Positions 1 to 9,324 of a stretch of 64,000 nt of DNA are shown here, piece after piece. The translations under genes were made by a program, and so were the position numbers. The notes beneath the pieces were generated by a model that saw only the letters and a list, made by a program, of their open reading frames with translations, ran no database searches and was not told the origin of the DNA. Positions within the stretch are counted from its first letter, which is position 1. Each line of letters opens with the position of its first letter. The stretch covers positions 256,001 through 320,000 of the forward strand of contig JAUNAC010000002.1 of assembly GCA_030527825.1 (NCBI GenBank), read 5' to 3'. Source of the stretch: Lautropia sp. GTDB taxonomy: Bacteria > Pseudomonadota > Gammaproteobacteria > Burkholderiales > Burkholderiaceae_E.

Positions 1-1908
1 AACTCCTGCGTGTCCGTACTTGAAGGGACGACCTCCAAGGTGATTGAGAATGCAGAAGGTACGCGGACAACGCCGTCAATTGTCGCCTACATGGATGATG
101 GCGAGGTCCTGGTAGGTGCCCCTGCCAAGCGGCAGGCCGTCACCAATCCGGCTAATACCCTGTTCGCGATCAAGCGCCTGATTGGCCGCAAGTTCAGCGA
201 GGATGCCGTTCAAAAGGATATTGGCCTGATGCCCTACAAGATTGTCAAGGCAGACAATGGCGATGCCTGGGTAGAAGTGCGCGACAAAAAACTGGCCCCG
301 CCGCAGATTTCGGCCGAAGTGCTGCGCAAGATGAAAAAGACCGCAGAGGATTATCTGGGCGAGGAAGTCACCGAGGCTGTTATCACGGTACCAGCCTACT
401 TCAATGACAGCCAGCGCCAGGCCACCAAGGATGCCGGTAAGATCGCGGGTCTGGAAGTCAAGCGGATCATCAATGAGCCGACTGCAGCTGCGCTGGCCTT
501 CGGCATGGACAAAGGGGGCAACAAGGACCGTAAGGTCGTCGTCTATGACCTCGGGGGCGGAACCTTTGACGTCTCGATTATCGATCTGGCTGACGTGGAT
601 GGCGAGAAACAGTTTGAGGTGCTGTCGACCAACGGAGATACTTTCCTGGGCGGAGAGGACTTCGACCAGCGCATCATCGATCACATTATCTCCGAGTTCA
701 AGAAGGAGCGTGGCGTCGATCTGTCCAAGGATGTGCTTGCCCTGCAGCGCCTGAAGGAAGCTGCCGAAAAGGCCAAGATCGAGCTGTCGTCCAGCAGCCA
801 GACCGAGATCAATCTGCCCTACATCACGATGGGGGCAGCCGGGCCTGAGCACCTGAACATGAAGATCACTCGCGCCAAGCTGGAGGCGCTGGTTGAGGAT
901 CTGATCGAGCGCACCATCGCACCGTGCCGCACCGCGATCAAGGATGCGGGCATCAAGGTGTCCGACATTGATGATGTGATTCTGGTAGGCGGGATGACCC
1001 GTATGCCCAAGGTGCAGGAGAAAGTCAAGGAGTTCTTTGGCAAGGAGCCGCGCCGTGACGTCAACCCCGATGAAGCTGTAGCTGTCGGCGCAGCGATCCA
1101 GGGGTCGGTGCTGGCGGGCGACCGCAAGGATGTGCTGCTGCTGGACGTCACCCCACTGTCCCTGGGCATTGAAACCCTGGGCGGCGTGATGACCAAGATG
1201 ATCAAAAAGAATACGACCATCCCGACCAAGTTCAGTCAGGTCTTTTCCACGGCCGACGACAACCAGCCTGCCGTGACCATCAAGGTGTTCCAGGGCGAGC
1301 GTGAAATTGCCTCGGCAAACAAGGCGCTGGGCGAGTTCAATCTGGAAGGTATTCCGCCGGCACCGCGTGGTCTGCCACAGATCGAGGTGACCTTCGACAT
1401 TGACGCAAACGGTATCCTGCACGTTTCGGCCAAGGACAAGGCCACGGGCAAGGAGAACAAGATCACCATCAAGGCGAACTCGGGTCTGTCCGATGCCGAG
1501 ATCGACAAGATGGTGCGCGATGCCGAAGAGCATGCTGATGAGGACAAGCAGCGTGTTGAACTGACCCAGTCACGCAACACGGCGGATGCGCTGATTCACT
1601 CGGTCGAGAAATCGCTGAAGGAGCATGGCGACAAGGTCGGTGCGGATGAGAAGGCCAAGATCGAGGCCGCGCTTGAAGCCGTGCGCGAGGCGGTCAAGGG
1701 TGATGACAAGGCCCGGATTGACGAAACCAGCAATGCGCTGACCGAAGCGGCGCAGAAACTGGGTGAGAAGGTCTACGCCGATGCGCAGGCCGCAGCTGGT
1801 GCAGCAGCCGGAGAGGCAGACCATGCATCGGCTGGATCTGCCCAGTCTGCCGAGCAGGCAGGCGATGATGTGGTCGATGCTGACTTCAAGGAAGTCAAGC
1901 GCGACTGA
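1..1908 (+). CDS. dnaK: Molecular chaperone DnaK (Hsp70), 5'-truncated by window edge
   Basis: ORF 10..1908 translation carries Hsp70 hallmarks ([35 protein letters not shown], [24 protein letters not shown], acidic C-terminus). The canonical N-terminus (MGKIIGIDLGTT...) is missing, so the gene extends upstream of position 1 in the same frame. Confidence 0.97.
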   Translation, partial: NSCVSVLEGTTSKVIENAEGTRTTPSIVAYMDDGEVLVGAPAKRQAVTNPANTLFAIKRLIGRKFSEDAVQKDIGLMPYKIVKADNGDAWVEVRDKKLAPPQISAEVLRKMKKTAEDYLGEEVTEAVITVPAYFNDSQRQATKDAGKIAGLEVKRIINEPTAAALAFGMDKGGNKDRKVVVYDLGGGTFDVSIIDLADVDGEKQFEVLSTNGDTFLGGEDFDQRIIDHIISEFKKERGVDLSKDVLALQRLKEAAEKAKIELSSSSQTEINLPYITMGAAGPEHLNMKITRAKLEALVEDLIERTIAPCRTAIKDAGIKVSDIDDVILVGGMTRMPKVQEKVKEFFGKEPRRDVNPDEAVAVGAAIQGSVLAGDRKDVLLLDVTPLSLGIETLGGVMTKMIKKNTTIPTKFSQVFSTADDNQPAVTIKVFQGEREIASANKALGEFNLEGIPPAPRGLPQIEVTFDIDANGILHVSAKDKATGKENKITIKANSGLSDAEIDKMVRDAEEHADEDKQRVELTQSRNTADALIHSVEKSLKEHGDKVGADEKAKIEAALEAVREAVKGDDKARIDETSNALTEAAQKLGEKVYADAQAAAGAAAGEADHASAGSAQSAEQAGDDVVDADFKEVKRD

Positions 1909-2079
1909 TCTCTGTCCGGCTCGCGGGCAATAGTGCCGGAGCCGGCAGACATCTGGCCAGCCTGACGATAGGTCGGGCTGGTCGTCCCTTTTCTGTACCC
2001 GGCCTGCCGGGTTTCTTTCTATCTTCCTCCTTTTTCCAGGAAGGTGCCTGAACGGGCCTTCGCTCAACGCTTGTCTGTC

Positions 2080-3204
2080 ATGGCCAAACGCGACTACTAC
2101 AATGTGCTCGGGGTGGGTAAAAACGCCACCGACGAAGAAATCAAGAAAGCCTATCGCAAGATGGCAATGAAATATCACCCGGACCGTAATCCGGGCGACA
2201 AGCAGGCGGAGGAGAAGTTCAAGGAAGTTGGCGAAGCCTATGATGTGCTGAGTGACCGCGGCAAGCGTGATGCTTATGACCGCTATGGTCATGCCGGTGT
2301 GGATGGTATGGCCGGTGGCGGTGCGGGCGCTGGTGCCGGTGGTTTTGGCGGCTTTGCCGAAGCCTTTGGCGATATCTTTGGCGACATTTTCGGTGGCGGC
2401 TCGGGTCGGGGCGGCGCCAATCAGGCGTATCGCGGGGCTGACCTGCGCTACGCCATGGAGATTACCCTGGAGCAGGCGGCCAACGGCTACGAAACTGAAA
2501 TCCGCATTCCGTCCTGGGAAAACTGCACTACCTGCAAGGGCTCCGGGGCCAAGCCCGGCACCAAGCCCCAGACCTGTGGAACCTGTCACGGACAAGGGCA
2601 GGTGCGGATGCAGCAGGGGTTTTTCTCTGTCCAGCAGACCTGTCCGACCTGTCATGGCAGTGGCAAGATCGTCCAGGATCCCTGTGAATCCTGTGAGGGT
2701 CTGGGGCGCATCAAGAAGACCAAGACATTGCAGGTCAAGGTACCGGCTGGCATTGATGATGGCATGCGTATCCGCTCGGCTGGTAATGGTGAGCCGGGCA
2801 CCAATGGCGGCTCTGCGGGTGATCTCTATGTAGAGATCCGTATCAAGGAACATCCTGTCTTCAGGCGCGATGGCGACGATCTGCACTGTGATGTGCCGAT
2901 CAGCATGGTGACTGCCGCGCTGGGAGGTACCATTCAGGTGCCCACCCTGGGCGGGAGCGCTGAAATCGAGCTGCCGGAGGGAGTCCAACCCGGCAAGGTT
3001 TTTCGCCTGCGGAACAAGGGGATCAAGGGTATCCGCTCTCAGATGAATGGCGATCTGTATGCGCACATCTCGGTCGAGGTGCCGGTGCGCCTGACTGACA
3101 AGCAGAAGCAGATGTTGCGTGAGCTGGAGCAGAGCCTCTCGGATGCCCGTCACAGTCCGCAGACGCGTAGCTGGAAGGATCGCCTGAAGGAGTTCTTCCA
3201 GTAG
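2080..3204 (+). CDS. dnaJ: Chaperone DnaJ (Hsp40)
   Basis: J-domain start [12 protein letters not shown] with the HPD motif. Gly/Phe-rich linker. Four CxxCxGxG zinc-finger repeats. Start chosen at ATG 2080, which gives the universal MAKRDYY N-terminus. GTG 2044 (the ORF-track start) is an alternative. Confidence 0.95.
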   Translation: MAKRDYYNVLGVGKNATDEEIKKAYRKMAMKYHPDRNPGDKQAEEKFKEVGEAYDVLSDRGKRDAYDRYGHAGVDGMAGGGAGAGAGGFGGFAEAFGDIFGDIFGGGSGRGGANQAYRGADLRYAMEITLEQAANGYETEIRIPSWENCTTCKGSGAKPGTKPQTCGTCHGQGQVRMQQGFFSVQQTCPTCHGSGKIVQDPCESCEGLGRIKKTKTLQVKVPAGIDDGMRIRSAGNGEPGTNGGSAGDLYVEIRIKEHPVFRRDGDDLHCDVPISMVTAALGGTIQVPTLGGSAEIELPEGVQPGKVFRLRNKGIKGIRSQMNGDLYAHISVEVPVRLTDKQKQMLRELEQSLSDARHSPQTRSWKDRLKEFFQ

Positions 3205-3297
3205 CAGGGGTTTTGCCGCGACCGATGTGCCTGGCTGCACAATCGGGGTATTCCGTCAGATGAAGGGGGCCGACGCTGGCCTCCGAGGTTAATCACC

Positions 3298-4593
3298 ATG
3301 AGTCAGCATACCTCCAACCAGCAGGAATTCGATCGCGCCAGTCAGGCGCTGGTGGGCGGCGTCAATTCTGCCGTCCGGGCCTTCCGGGCCGTGGGCGGTA
3401 CACCGCGCTTCATTCAGCGTGCCGAAGGGGCCTGGATGTGGGATGTGGAGGGGCGCCGCTACATCGACTATGTTGGCTCCTGGGGGCCGGCGATCGTCGG
3501 CCATGCCCATCCCGAAGTGATCAATGCCGTCCAGACGGCCGCGGCTGATGGCCTCTCCTTTGGCGCGCCTAATGTGCGGGAAACGCTGCTGGCAGAGAAG
3601 ATCTGTGAGCTGTTCCCGCAGGTCGAGCGGGTGCGCTTCACCAGTTCGGGTACCGAGTCAACGATGTCCGCCCTGCGACTGGCCAGGGGCTATACCGGTC
3701 GCAACCGGATCATCAAGTTCGAAGGGTGCTATCACGGCACGGCAGACAGTCTGCTGGTCAAGGCAGGGAGCGGTGCGCTGGCCTTTGGCCATCCCAGTTC
3801 GGCCGGTGTGCCTGAGGATGTCGTCAAGCACACGCTGATTGCCCGCTACAACGATCTGGACAGCGTGCGGCAACTGTTTGAGCAGTATCCGGATGAGGTG
3901 GCCTGTCTGATCGTCGAGCCGATTCCGGGCAATATGAATCTGATGGTGCCGCTGCCGGGCTTTCTGGAAGGGCTGCGTGAGCTGTGCACCCAGCACGGCG
4001 CGCTGCTGATTTTCGATGAGGTCATGTCCGGCTTTCGGGTGACGCTGACCGGTGCGCAGGGGTGGTGTGGCATCACGCCGGACATCTCCACCTTCGGCAA
4101 GGTGATTGGCGGCGGCATGCCGGTGGGCGCAGTGGGTGGGCCCGCGCACATCATGGAATGTTTTGCACCGCTGGGCAATGTCTATCAGGCAGGAACGCTG
4201 TCGGGCAATCCCATTGCCATGGCGGCCGGCATTGCAACCCTTGATCTGATCTCCCGGCCAGGGTTTCATGACGCGCTTGCCCGCCAGATGAGCCGTCTGG
4301 TGGAGGGACTCAACGAGGCGGCGGAGAAGACCGGCGTGCCATTCTGTGCTCGCGCGCTGGGGGGGCTGGGCGGGTTCTATTTCCGTGCCACACCTCCCAC
4401 GTATTTTGAGCAGGCCACCGACCAGAATCTGGAGCAGTATCGGCGCTTCTATCACCTCATGCTGGATGGCGGTGTTTATCTGCCGCCCTCACCCGTGGAG
4501 GCGTTCTTCCTGTCATCGGCACACTCGGAGGATGACATCGACCAGACCATTGCTCTGGCGCAAAGAAGCCTGGCCGCGCTGGCGGACACCTGA
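3298..4593 (+). CDS. hemL: Glutamate-1-semialdehyde 2,1-aminomutase
   Basis: 431-aa class-III PLP aminotransferase with HemL-typical blocks ([32 protein letters not shown]). SD GAGG 8 nt upstream of ATG. Confidence 0.93.
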   Translation: MSQHTSNQQEFDRASQALVGGVNSAVRAFRAVGGTPRFIQRAEGAWMWDVEGRRYIDYVGSWGPAIVGHAHPEVINAVQTAAADGLSFGAPNVRETLLAEKICELFPQVERVRFTSSGTESTMSALRLARGYTGRNRIIKFEGCYHGTADSLLVKAGSGALAFGHPSSAGVPEDVVKHTLIARYNDLDSVRQLFEQYPDEVACLIVEPIPGNMNLMVPLPGFLEGLRELCTQHGALLIFDEVMSGFRVTLTGAQGWCGITPDISTFGKVIGGGMPVGAVGGPAHIMECFAPLGNVYQAGTLSGNPIAMAAGIATLDLISRPGFHDALARQMSRLVEGLNEAAEKTGVPFCARALGGLGGFYFRATPPTYFEQATDQNLEQYRRFYHLMLDGGVYLPPSPVEAFFLSSAHSEDDIDQTIALAQRSLAALADT

Positions 4594-4615
4594 CCTGCAG
4601 CAGCAGGCGGCAGGG

Positions 4616-4837
4616 CTATGTTTCGGGCCGCCTGTCGATGATCGAGAGGCCGATCCATATGCCCAGGCCAACGCCAATCAGATCCGGGATGATGAATGCG
4701 GGTCTTCCCCACGCCAGGGAAATCAGGACACCGATGGCGCTGCCTGTCCAGAGACCAGGCTTTGAGCGGGTGGTGGCTGCGCCGATGATGGGAGGCAGTG
4801 CGTGGGCGGCGCTGATGGCCAGGACAATGAAGCTCAT
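4616..4837 (-). CDS. Small hydrophobic membrane protein (hypothetical, two predicted TM segments)
   Basis: Minus-strand ORF. Start taken at the internal ATG (MSFIVLAISAA...), preceded by AGGGAG about 11 nt upstream. Translation has two hydrophobic helices with a glycine-zipper-like IGVGLGIWIG. No confident family assignment. Confidence 0.45.
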   Translation of the reverse strand: MSFIVLAISAAHALPPIIGAATTRSKPGLWTGSAIGVLISLAWGRPAFIIPDLIGVGLGIWIGLSIIDRRPET

Positions 4838-5148
4838 GGATCGGTTCGCTCCCTGTGAAGGAACGCGCAGAAAATGCTGTTCCGGGTGTTCGGGCTGCAC
4901 GCTGGCCTGCTGATGGATGCAGCGCCTATCGGAGCGGATGATATCTTTCTGTCGTGTTTCCTCGCTTCAGGATGGCCGGGTTTTTCTGAAAAACCGGGAT
5001 ATCGTTCATCCTGATGCGACAGTTACGTTGGTTTTCGCCATCTTGCACATAGACGGGGTGAAAAGGCCGGTCACAGGATGAGGCTCGGATATGGACGGCA
5101 TGGACAGTCTGGATGGAGCCGGTTTGTGGATATTTATTTTCTGGGGAA

Positions 5149-5640
5149 ATGGTCTTGGGTAAAACCGACTGCCCAGTAACGCCTGCTGTGCGTTTTCTGC
5201 GGAATCATCATGTCGACTTTGTGCCCCATCTTTATCCCTATGTTGACCATGGGGGAACGGCCCATTCGGCGCAGTGTCTGGGGGTGCCGGAGCATCAGGT
5301 CATCAAGACCATTGTGCTGGTGGATGATCGCGGACAGGGGATGATTGTGCTCATGCATGGCGACCGCCAGATTTCGACCCGAAATCTGGCCCGGGCGCTG
5401 GGTGCCAGACATATTGCCGCGGCAGATCCGAAGCAGGCGAACCGCTGGACGGGCTATCTGGTGGGGGGCACCAGCCCCTTTGGCACCCGAACCCTTTTGC
5501 CTGTGTACGTGGAGGGTTCGGTGCTCGCACTGCCTGTCATCTACATCAATGGGGGCAAGCGCGGTTTTCTGGTGGAAATGGCGCCGGCCGGGCTGGCGCC
5601 TCTGAAGGCCCAGCCAGTACAGGTGGCAACAGGAAGCTGA
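5149..5640 (+). CDS. ybaK: Cys-tRNA(Pro)/Cys-tRNA(Cys) deacylase YbaK
   Basis: Translation aligns along its length with E. coli YbaK (TPAVRFL...HxY, VIKTIVL, YLVGGTSPFG, IYINGGKRG). Start at ATG 5149 (MVLGKTDCPVTPAVRFL). Confidence 0.85.
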   Translation: MVLGKTDCPVTPAVRFLRNHHVDFVPHLYPYVDHGGTAHSAQCLGVPEHQVIKTIVLVDDRGQGMIVLMHGDRQISTRNLARALGARHIAAADPKQANRWTGYLVGGTSPFGTRTLLPVYVEGSVLALPVIYINGGKRGFLVEMAPAGLAPLKAQPVQVATGS

Positions 5641-5653
5641 TCGCGTAGCCGGC

Positions 5654-6928
5654 TCATTCCTGTAGATGGGTCGTGATTTGGAGCCGGCCAGTCAGGGTTT
5701 TGTGGATCGGGCAGCGATCGGCAATTTCCAGGAGTCGCTGCCGTTGGGCCTGGCTGAGCGGGCCGGTGAGCGTGATGTACCGCTCCAGGACTTCTTCTGG
5801 AGATGCCTGTTCACCTGCTGAGTCGGTGGCTGCCTGTTTAGTACGACGATGCTGGAGGGTGACCTGCACATCTTCCAGTGCCAGTCCCTTGTGGTTGGCG
5901 TACATGCGAATGGTCATGGACGTGCAGGTACCAAGAGCCGAGAGCAGCAGCGCATAGGGGCTGGGGCCCTGATCATCTCCACCGACACGTCGGGGTTCAT
6001 CGGCGAGCAGTGTGTGTGGGCCAGCCTGTACACCACGCAGGAAGGCATGGTTTAGCTCGGTGACGCGCACCTGGTCATCTGGTAGTGCCGGATCCACGAC
6101 GATGGTGGAAGAGGCGGCTACCGCCGGGCCTCTTATGGACGGGGCGGGGTGGGGAGCAGTTTCAGACGCTGTGGCGTTAAGGTAGCGGCTGGCCCAGGCT
6201 ACGATGCAGGTGGCCACGTATTCGGCGTCGCTGGCCTGACTTAGCAGGTGATCGGCAGTGTCCAGTGAAATGAAGCTCTTGGGGTGGTGCGCTGCTTCGT
6301 AAATTTTCTGGGCCTGGTCAATGGAGACGACCGTGTCACGGGGCGAGTGAAAGACCAGCAGTGCTTTATCCAGTTGGCTGATCCGGCCGGTCTGGTCATG
6401 TTTGGCAACATCGTCAATGAACTGCCGCCGGATGGTAAATGGCCGGCCGGCCAGCGATACGGTAGCTTCTCCTTGCTGACAGATGGTTTCCAGATCGGCC
6501 TGAAACTGGCGCAGGATGTGATCGGCTTCAGCGGGTGCGGCAATGGTGATGACGGCTCGAGCGTCCGGAATGTGATGTGCCGCGGCAAGTATGGCGGCAC
6601 CACCCAGACTGTGTCCGATGAGCAGCGCAGGAGCCTGGTGGCGCCGCCGCAGGAAATCTGCGGCTGCCAGCAGGTCGGTAATATTGGAAGAAAAGTTGCT
6701 GTTGGCGAAGTCGCCTTCGCTATGGCCCAAGCCCGTGAAGTCGAAACGCAGCACTGCCACGCCACGGGCCTGTAACGCGCGGCTGATGTGGGCGGCCGCC
6801 TTGATGTCTTTGCCGCAGGTGAAGCAGTGGGCAAACAGTGCAAAGGCAATGGGATTGTCAGGCAGATCTAGCAGACCCGCCAGCTCGACGCCCTGAGCAT
6901 TGGGGAAGGTGATTCGATGGGTGGCCAT
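5654..6928 (-). CDS. Bifunctional alpha/beta hydrolase / OsmC-family protein (fusion)
   Basis: N-terminal half has alpha/beta-hydrolase features, including the GHSLGG nucleophile elbow. C-terminal ~140 aa is an OsmC/Ohr-like domain (ALLLSALGTCTSMTIRMYANHKG...). 424 aa. Confidence 0.8.
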   Translation of the reverse strand: MATHRITFPNAQGVELAGLLDLPDNPIAFALFAHCFTCGKDIKAAAHISRALQARGVAVLRFDFTGLGHSEGDFANSNFSSNITDLLAAADFLRRRHQAPALLIGHSLGGAAILAAAHHIPDARAVITIAAPAEADHILRQFQADLETICQQGEATVSLAGRPFTIRRQFIDDVAKHDQTGRISQLDKALLVFHSPRDTVVSIDQAQKIYEAAHHPKSFISLDTADHLLSQASDAEYVATCIVAWASRYLNATASETAPHPAPSIRGPAVAASSTIVVDPALPDDQVRVTELNHAFLRGVQAGPHTLLADEPRRVGGDDQGPSPYALLLSALGTCTSMTIRMYANHKGLALEDVQVTLQHRRTKQAATDSAGEQASPEEVLERYITLTGPLSQAQRQRLLEIADRCPIHKTLTGRLQITTHLQE

Positions 6929-6985
6929 GGTGTGTTGAGTGAGTTTGTGACGAAACGGAGGAAATCGGAGCGCGGCGAAAGGGGG

Positions 6986-7477
6986 TCAGCGTTTGTCCAG
7001 GGGAGGCGGGTAGGGGCCGCCAGAATAGTTGGGAGCCATAGGTGGCAGGCAGGCCCGTTTGCGCAGCGCGTTGACATAGGACAGGCCATCCAGCGGGCGA
7101 CCGTGTCGCTGAGATTGCCACAGTGCCTCGACCAGGCATTCCTGGGCGACATGGGCTGCATCGTGGGCATTGCCCAGCTGCTGCTCCAGGAGATCCATGG
7201 CCTGGCGTATGCCGCGTGGCTGGTCAATGGCCCGCTGTTCGCTGATGGCCAGATGCAGTGACAGGTGCAGAAAGGGATTGCTGCGGCCGGCCTGCGGACT
7301 GTAGTCGGTTTCCAGGGCGCGTTCGAGGTCGGAAAGCTCGTCGTGATACTCCGGGTGCTGGCCAATCCACTGCAGGGCGACCATTTCCAGTGGCTCCAGG
7401 GGCGTACCCTGCTGGTGTTTTTTCCAGACGCCGCAGAAATAGCGACGCACGTCGGCAACGGAGGGGTTGAACAGCAT
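6986..7477 (-). CDS. DUF1841-family protein
   Basis: Conserved betaproteobacterial small protein (MLFNPSVADVRRYF...NPFLHLSLHLAISEQ). Start chosen at the internal ATG matching family length (~160 aa). The ORF-track start at 7642 adds an unsupported 55-aa extension. Confidence 0.65.
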   Translation of the reverse strand: MLFNPSVADVRRYFCGVWKKHQQGTPLEPLEMVALQWIGQHPEYHDELSDLERALETDYSPQAGRSNPFLHLSLHLAISEQRAIDQPRGIRQAMDLLEQQLGNAHDAAHVAQECLVEALWQSQRHGRPLDGLSYVNALRKRACLPPMAPNYSGGPYPPPLDKR

Positions 7478-7526
7478 GGCAGGCTTCGGTGGCGGGGCAG
7501 GCAGGTAAAGAGAATCGGTAGTCAGC

Positions 7527-8195
7527 CTAGACAGTGTGGTCAAGTACGGAATGTTGGGGCGGTGGCAGGCTTTTGGGCTGAAAGGCGCAGAGATCGGCAA
7601 TGGGGCAGTGCCAGCATTCCGGCCGGCGTGCCTTGCAGACATAACGGCCGTGCAGGATCAGCCAGTGATGTGCATGCTGGCGGTATTCCTTCGGGACCAC
7701 TTTCATGAGTTTGTGTTCGACGTCCTCCACAGTCTTGCCCGGTGCCAGGCCGGTACGGTTGGCCACCCGGAAGATGTGGGTGTCTACCGCAATAGTGGGG
7801 TGTCCGAAGGCAATATTCAAGACAACATTTGCAGTCTTTCGTCCTACGCCGGGAAGGGCTTCCAGTGCAGCGCGGTCGTTGGGTACTTCGCCGCCATGGT
7901 AGGCCAGCAGCAGTTCGCTCATGGCCAGCAGGTTGCGGGCCTTGTTGCGAAAGAGGCCGATGGTGCGGATGGTCTCCGTGATTTCCTCCAGCCCCAGCTC
8001 AACCATGGCCTGAGGTGTCGGGGCCCGCGGAAAAAGACGGCGGGTGACCAGGTTGACGCTTTTGTCGGTTGCCTGTGCGGACATGAGGACAGCGGCCAGC
8101 AGCTGGTAGGGGCTGCCATACTCCAGTTCCGTTTCGGGGTTCGGATTGGCAGCAGCCAGGCGTCGGAACATCTCTTGCCGGTTTCTGGGGCTCAT
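7527..8195 (-). CDS. nth: Endonuclease III (DNA glycosylase/AP lyase)
   Basis: HhH-GPD fold with the C-terminal 4Fe-4S cluster loop CxxxxxxCxxCxxxxxC (CKARRPECWHCPIADLC). True start is ATG at 8195 (MSPRNRQEMFRRL). The 99-aa upstream extension in the ORF track is low-complexity and unsupported. The start codon overlaps the upstream gene stop (ATGA). Confidence 0.9.
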   Translation of the reverse strand: MSPRNRQEMFRRLAAANPNPETELEYGSPYQLLAAVLMSAQATDKSVNLVTRRLFPRAPTPQAMVELGLEEITETIRTIGLFRNKARNLLAMSELLLAYHGGEVPNDRAALEALPGVGRKTANVVLNIAFGHPTIAVDTHIFRVANRTGLAPGKTVEDVEHKLMKVVPKEYRQHAHHWLILHGRYVCKARRPECWHCPIADLCAFQPKSLPPPQHSVLDHTV

Positions 8196-8869
8196 TCGGA
8201 AACGGTCTGTGGGCTGGCGGGTTTCAGGCGGGCCCGGATGGCAGCCAGGCGGCGTGCTTTTTCGTCCATACTGGCCAGCGCGATGTTGGGATCCCGGAGT
8301 GGGCGCGGACTGCCCCCAGGGTCTGCAGCGGCGTGTACGGGTTGGGAGGGGGTCTGGGCTGCGTTGCGACTGGCCTGCAGACGCTGGTCCCGGCGCTGAT
8401 GGTTGCGCCGGCCATGGCGGGCATCGCTGTCCTGCCATGCGCTGGCCAGGGCCACCAGCGAAATGCAGTCGGTCGGGCAGGGGGGCAGGCACAGTTCACA
8501 GCCGGTGCAGCGCTCGGTCAGTATCTGGTGCTGAAAGCGCGGTGCGCCCACGATGGCATCGACTGGACAGGCCAGAATACATTTGGTGCAGCCAATGCAG
8601 TGTGCCGGGTCGATGCGTACAACATGTCTGACGGGCATGGGCTGAAGATCGTTGGCCAGCGCCACTGGCGGCTGGTCAAGCAGTCTGGCCAGGGCCTGGA
8701 TGGTGGCATCGGCACCGGGCGGACAGCGGTTGATCCCTGTCTCGCCCCGGGCAATGGCCTGGGCGTAGGCGCGACAGTCGTCATAGCCGCAGCGTCGGCA
8801 CTGCGTCTGGGGCAGCAGGTGGTCGATGGCATCGACCAGGGTCACAGTCGGCGGGGGGGGCGAAACCAT
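8192..8869 (-). CDS. RnfB/RsxB-like ferredoxin (N-terminal Fe-S domain plus two 4Fe-4S ferredoxin motifs, low-complexity C-tail)
   Basis: N-terminal CRRCGYDDCRAYAQA...CPPG (RnfB-type cluster). CIGCTKCILACPVDAI and CTGCELCLPPCPTDCI ferredoxin motifs. Stop overlaps the nth start in an ATGA. Confidence 0.8.
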   Translation of the reverse strand: MVSPPPPTVTLVDAIDHLLPQTQCRRCGYDDCRAYAQAIARGETGINRCPPGADATIQALARLLDQPPVALANDLQPMPVRHVVRIDPAHCIGCTKCILACPVDAIVGAPRFQHQILTERCTGCELCLPPCPTDCISLVALASAWQDSDARHGRRNHQRRDQRLQASRNAAQTPSQPVHAAADPGGSPRPLRDPNIALASMDEKARRLAAIRARLKPASPQTVSE

Positions 8870-8908
8870 GGCGCGATTGTAACGGTGCCGGACAGGGGGC
8901 TCGGCGCG

Positions 8909-9232
8909 TCAGCCTTCCAGGTATTTCAGCTTGTCCGGGGTACCGTTCCAGTCATCGGCATCGTCCAGTGGCGATTTGCTGCGGGTAATGGCCGGCCAAC
9001 CGGGCGCTTTCTCGGCGTTAAGTGCGATGAAGTTCTCCTGATCGCCGGGAACATCCTCTTCGGCCACGATGGCCTCGGCGGGGCATTCCGGCACACAGAC
9101 GGCGCAGTCGATACACTCGTCCGGGTCAATGACGAGCATGTTCGGGCCTTCACGAAAGCAATCCACCGGGCATACATCGACGCAGTCGGTATATTTGCAG
9201 CGGATACAATTATCAAGCACGATGTGAGCCAT
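8909..9232 (-). CDS. fdxA: 7Fe ferredoxin (FdxA type)
   Basis: [26 protein letters not shown]...[16 protein letters not shown] is the classic Azotobacter-type FdI pattern. Start at ATG 9232. The ORF-track extension is unsupported. Confidence 0.9.
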   Translation of the reverse strand: MAHIVLDNCIRCKYTDCVDVCPVDCFREGPNMLVIDPDECIDCAVCVPECPAEAIVAEEDVPGDQENFIALNAEKAPGWPAITRSKSPLDDADDWNGTPDKLKYLEG

Positions 9233-9324
9233 TGCAGTGGAACGGTAGAGTACAGAGAGGAGAAGGGGCCAATATCTTATCCTCTTGCATGGCGGTCTGG
9301 CGACATGAATCCACGGTGATACCA

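Noticed and set aside
76-1533. 485-aa ORF antisense to dnaK. Long antisense ORFs overlap other genes too: 1570..3240 vs dnaJ, 3658..4455 vs hemL, 8333..9319 vs rnfB/fdxA, 19694..20626 vs PhoH2, 23890..25128 vs hom, 31767..33710 vs clpB, 34731..35546 vs OPT, 39088..40281 vs decarboxylase, 46697..47683 vs ilvC, 53583..54341 vs nuoD, 62225..63022 vs nuoL.
   Set aside because: High-GC genomes generate long stop-free antisense frames. Their translations are Arg/Ala/Gly-rich and low-complexity with no recognisable domains, and each is fully nested in a confidently identified gene on the other strand.
2044-2079. GTG 2044 as dnaJ start (adds [12 protein letters not shown] before MAKRDYY).
   Set aside because: DnaJ proteins universally begin M-A-K-x-D-Y-Y. 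The AGGAAGG directly abuts the GTG with no spacer. Kept as an alternative only.
7478-7642. Extended N-termini given by the ORF track for DUF1841 (to 7642), nth (to 8492), fdxA (to 9325), bcp (to 22411), Mth938-like (to 22593), thrC (from 25214), dnaB (from 16842), tpiA (from 49815), nuoJ (from 60349).
   Set aside because: In each case the conserved family N-terminus aligns to a downstream in-frame start. The extra residues are low-complexity or overlap the neighbouring gene. Starts were reassigned on homology.
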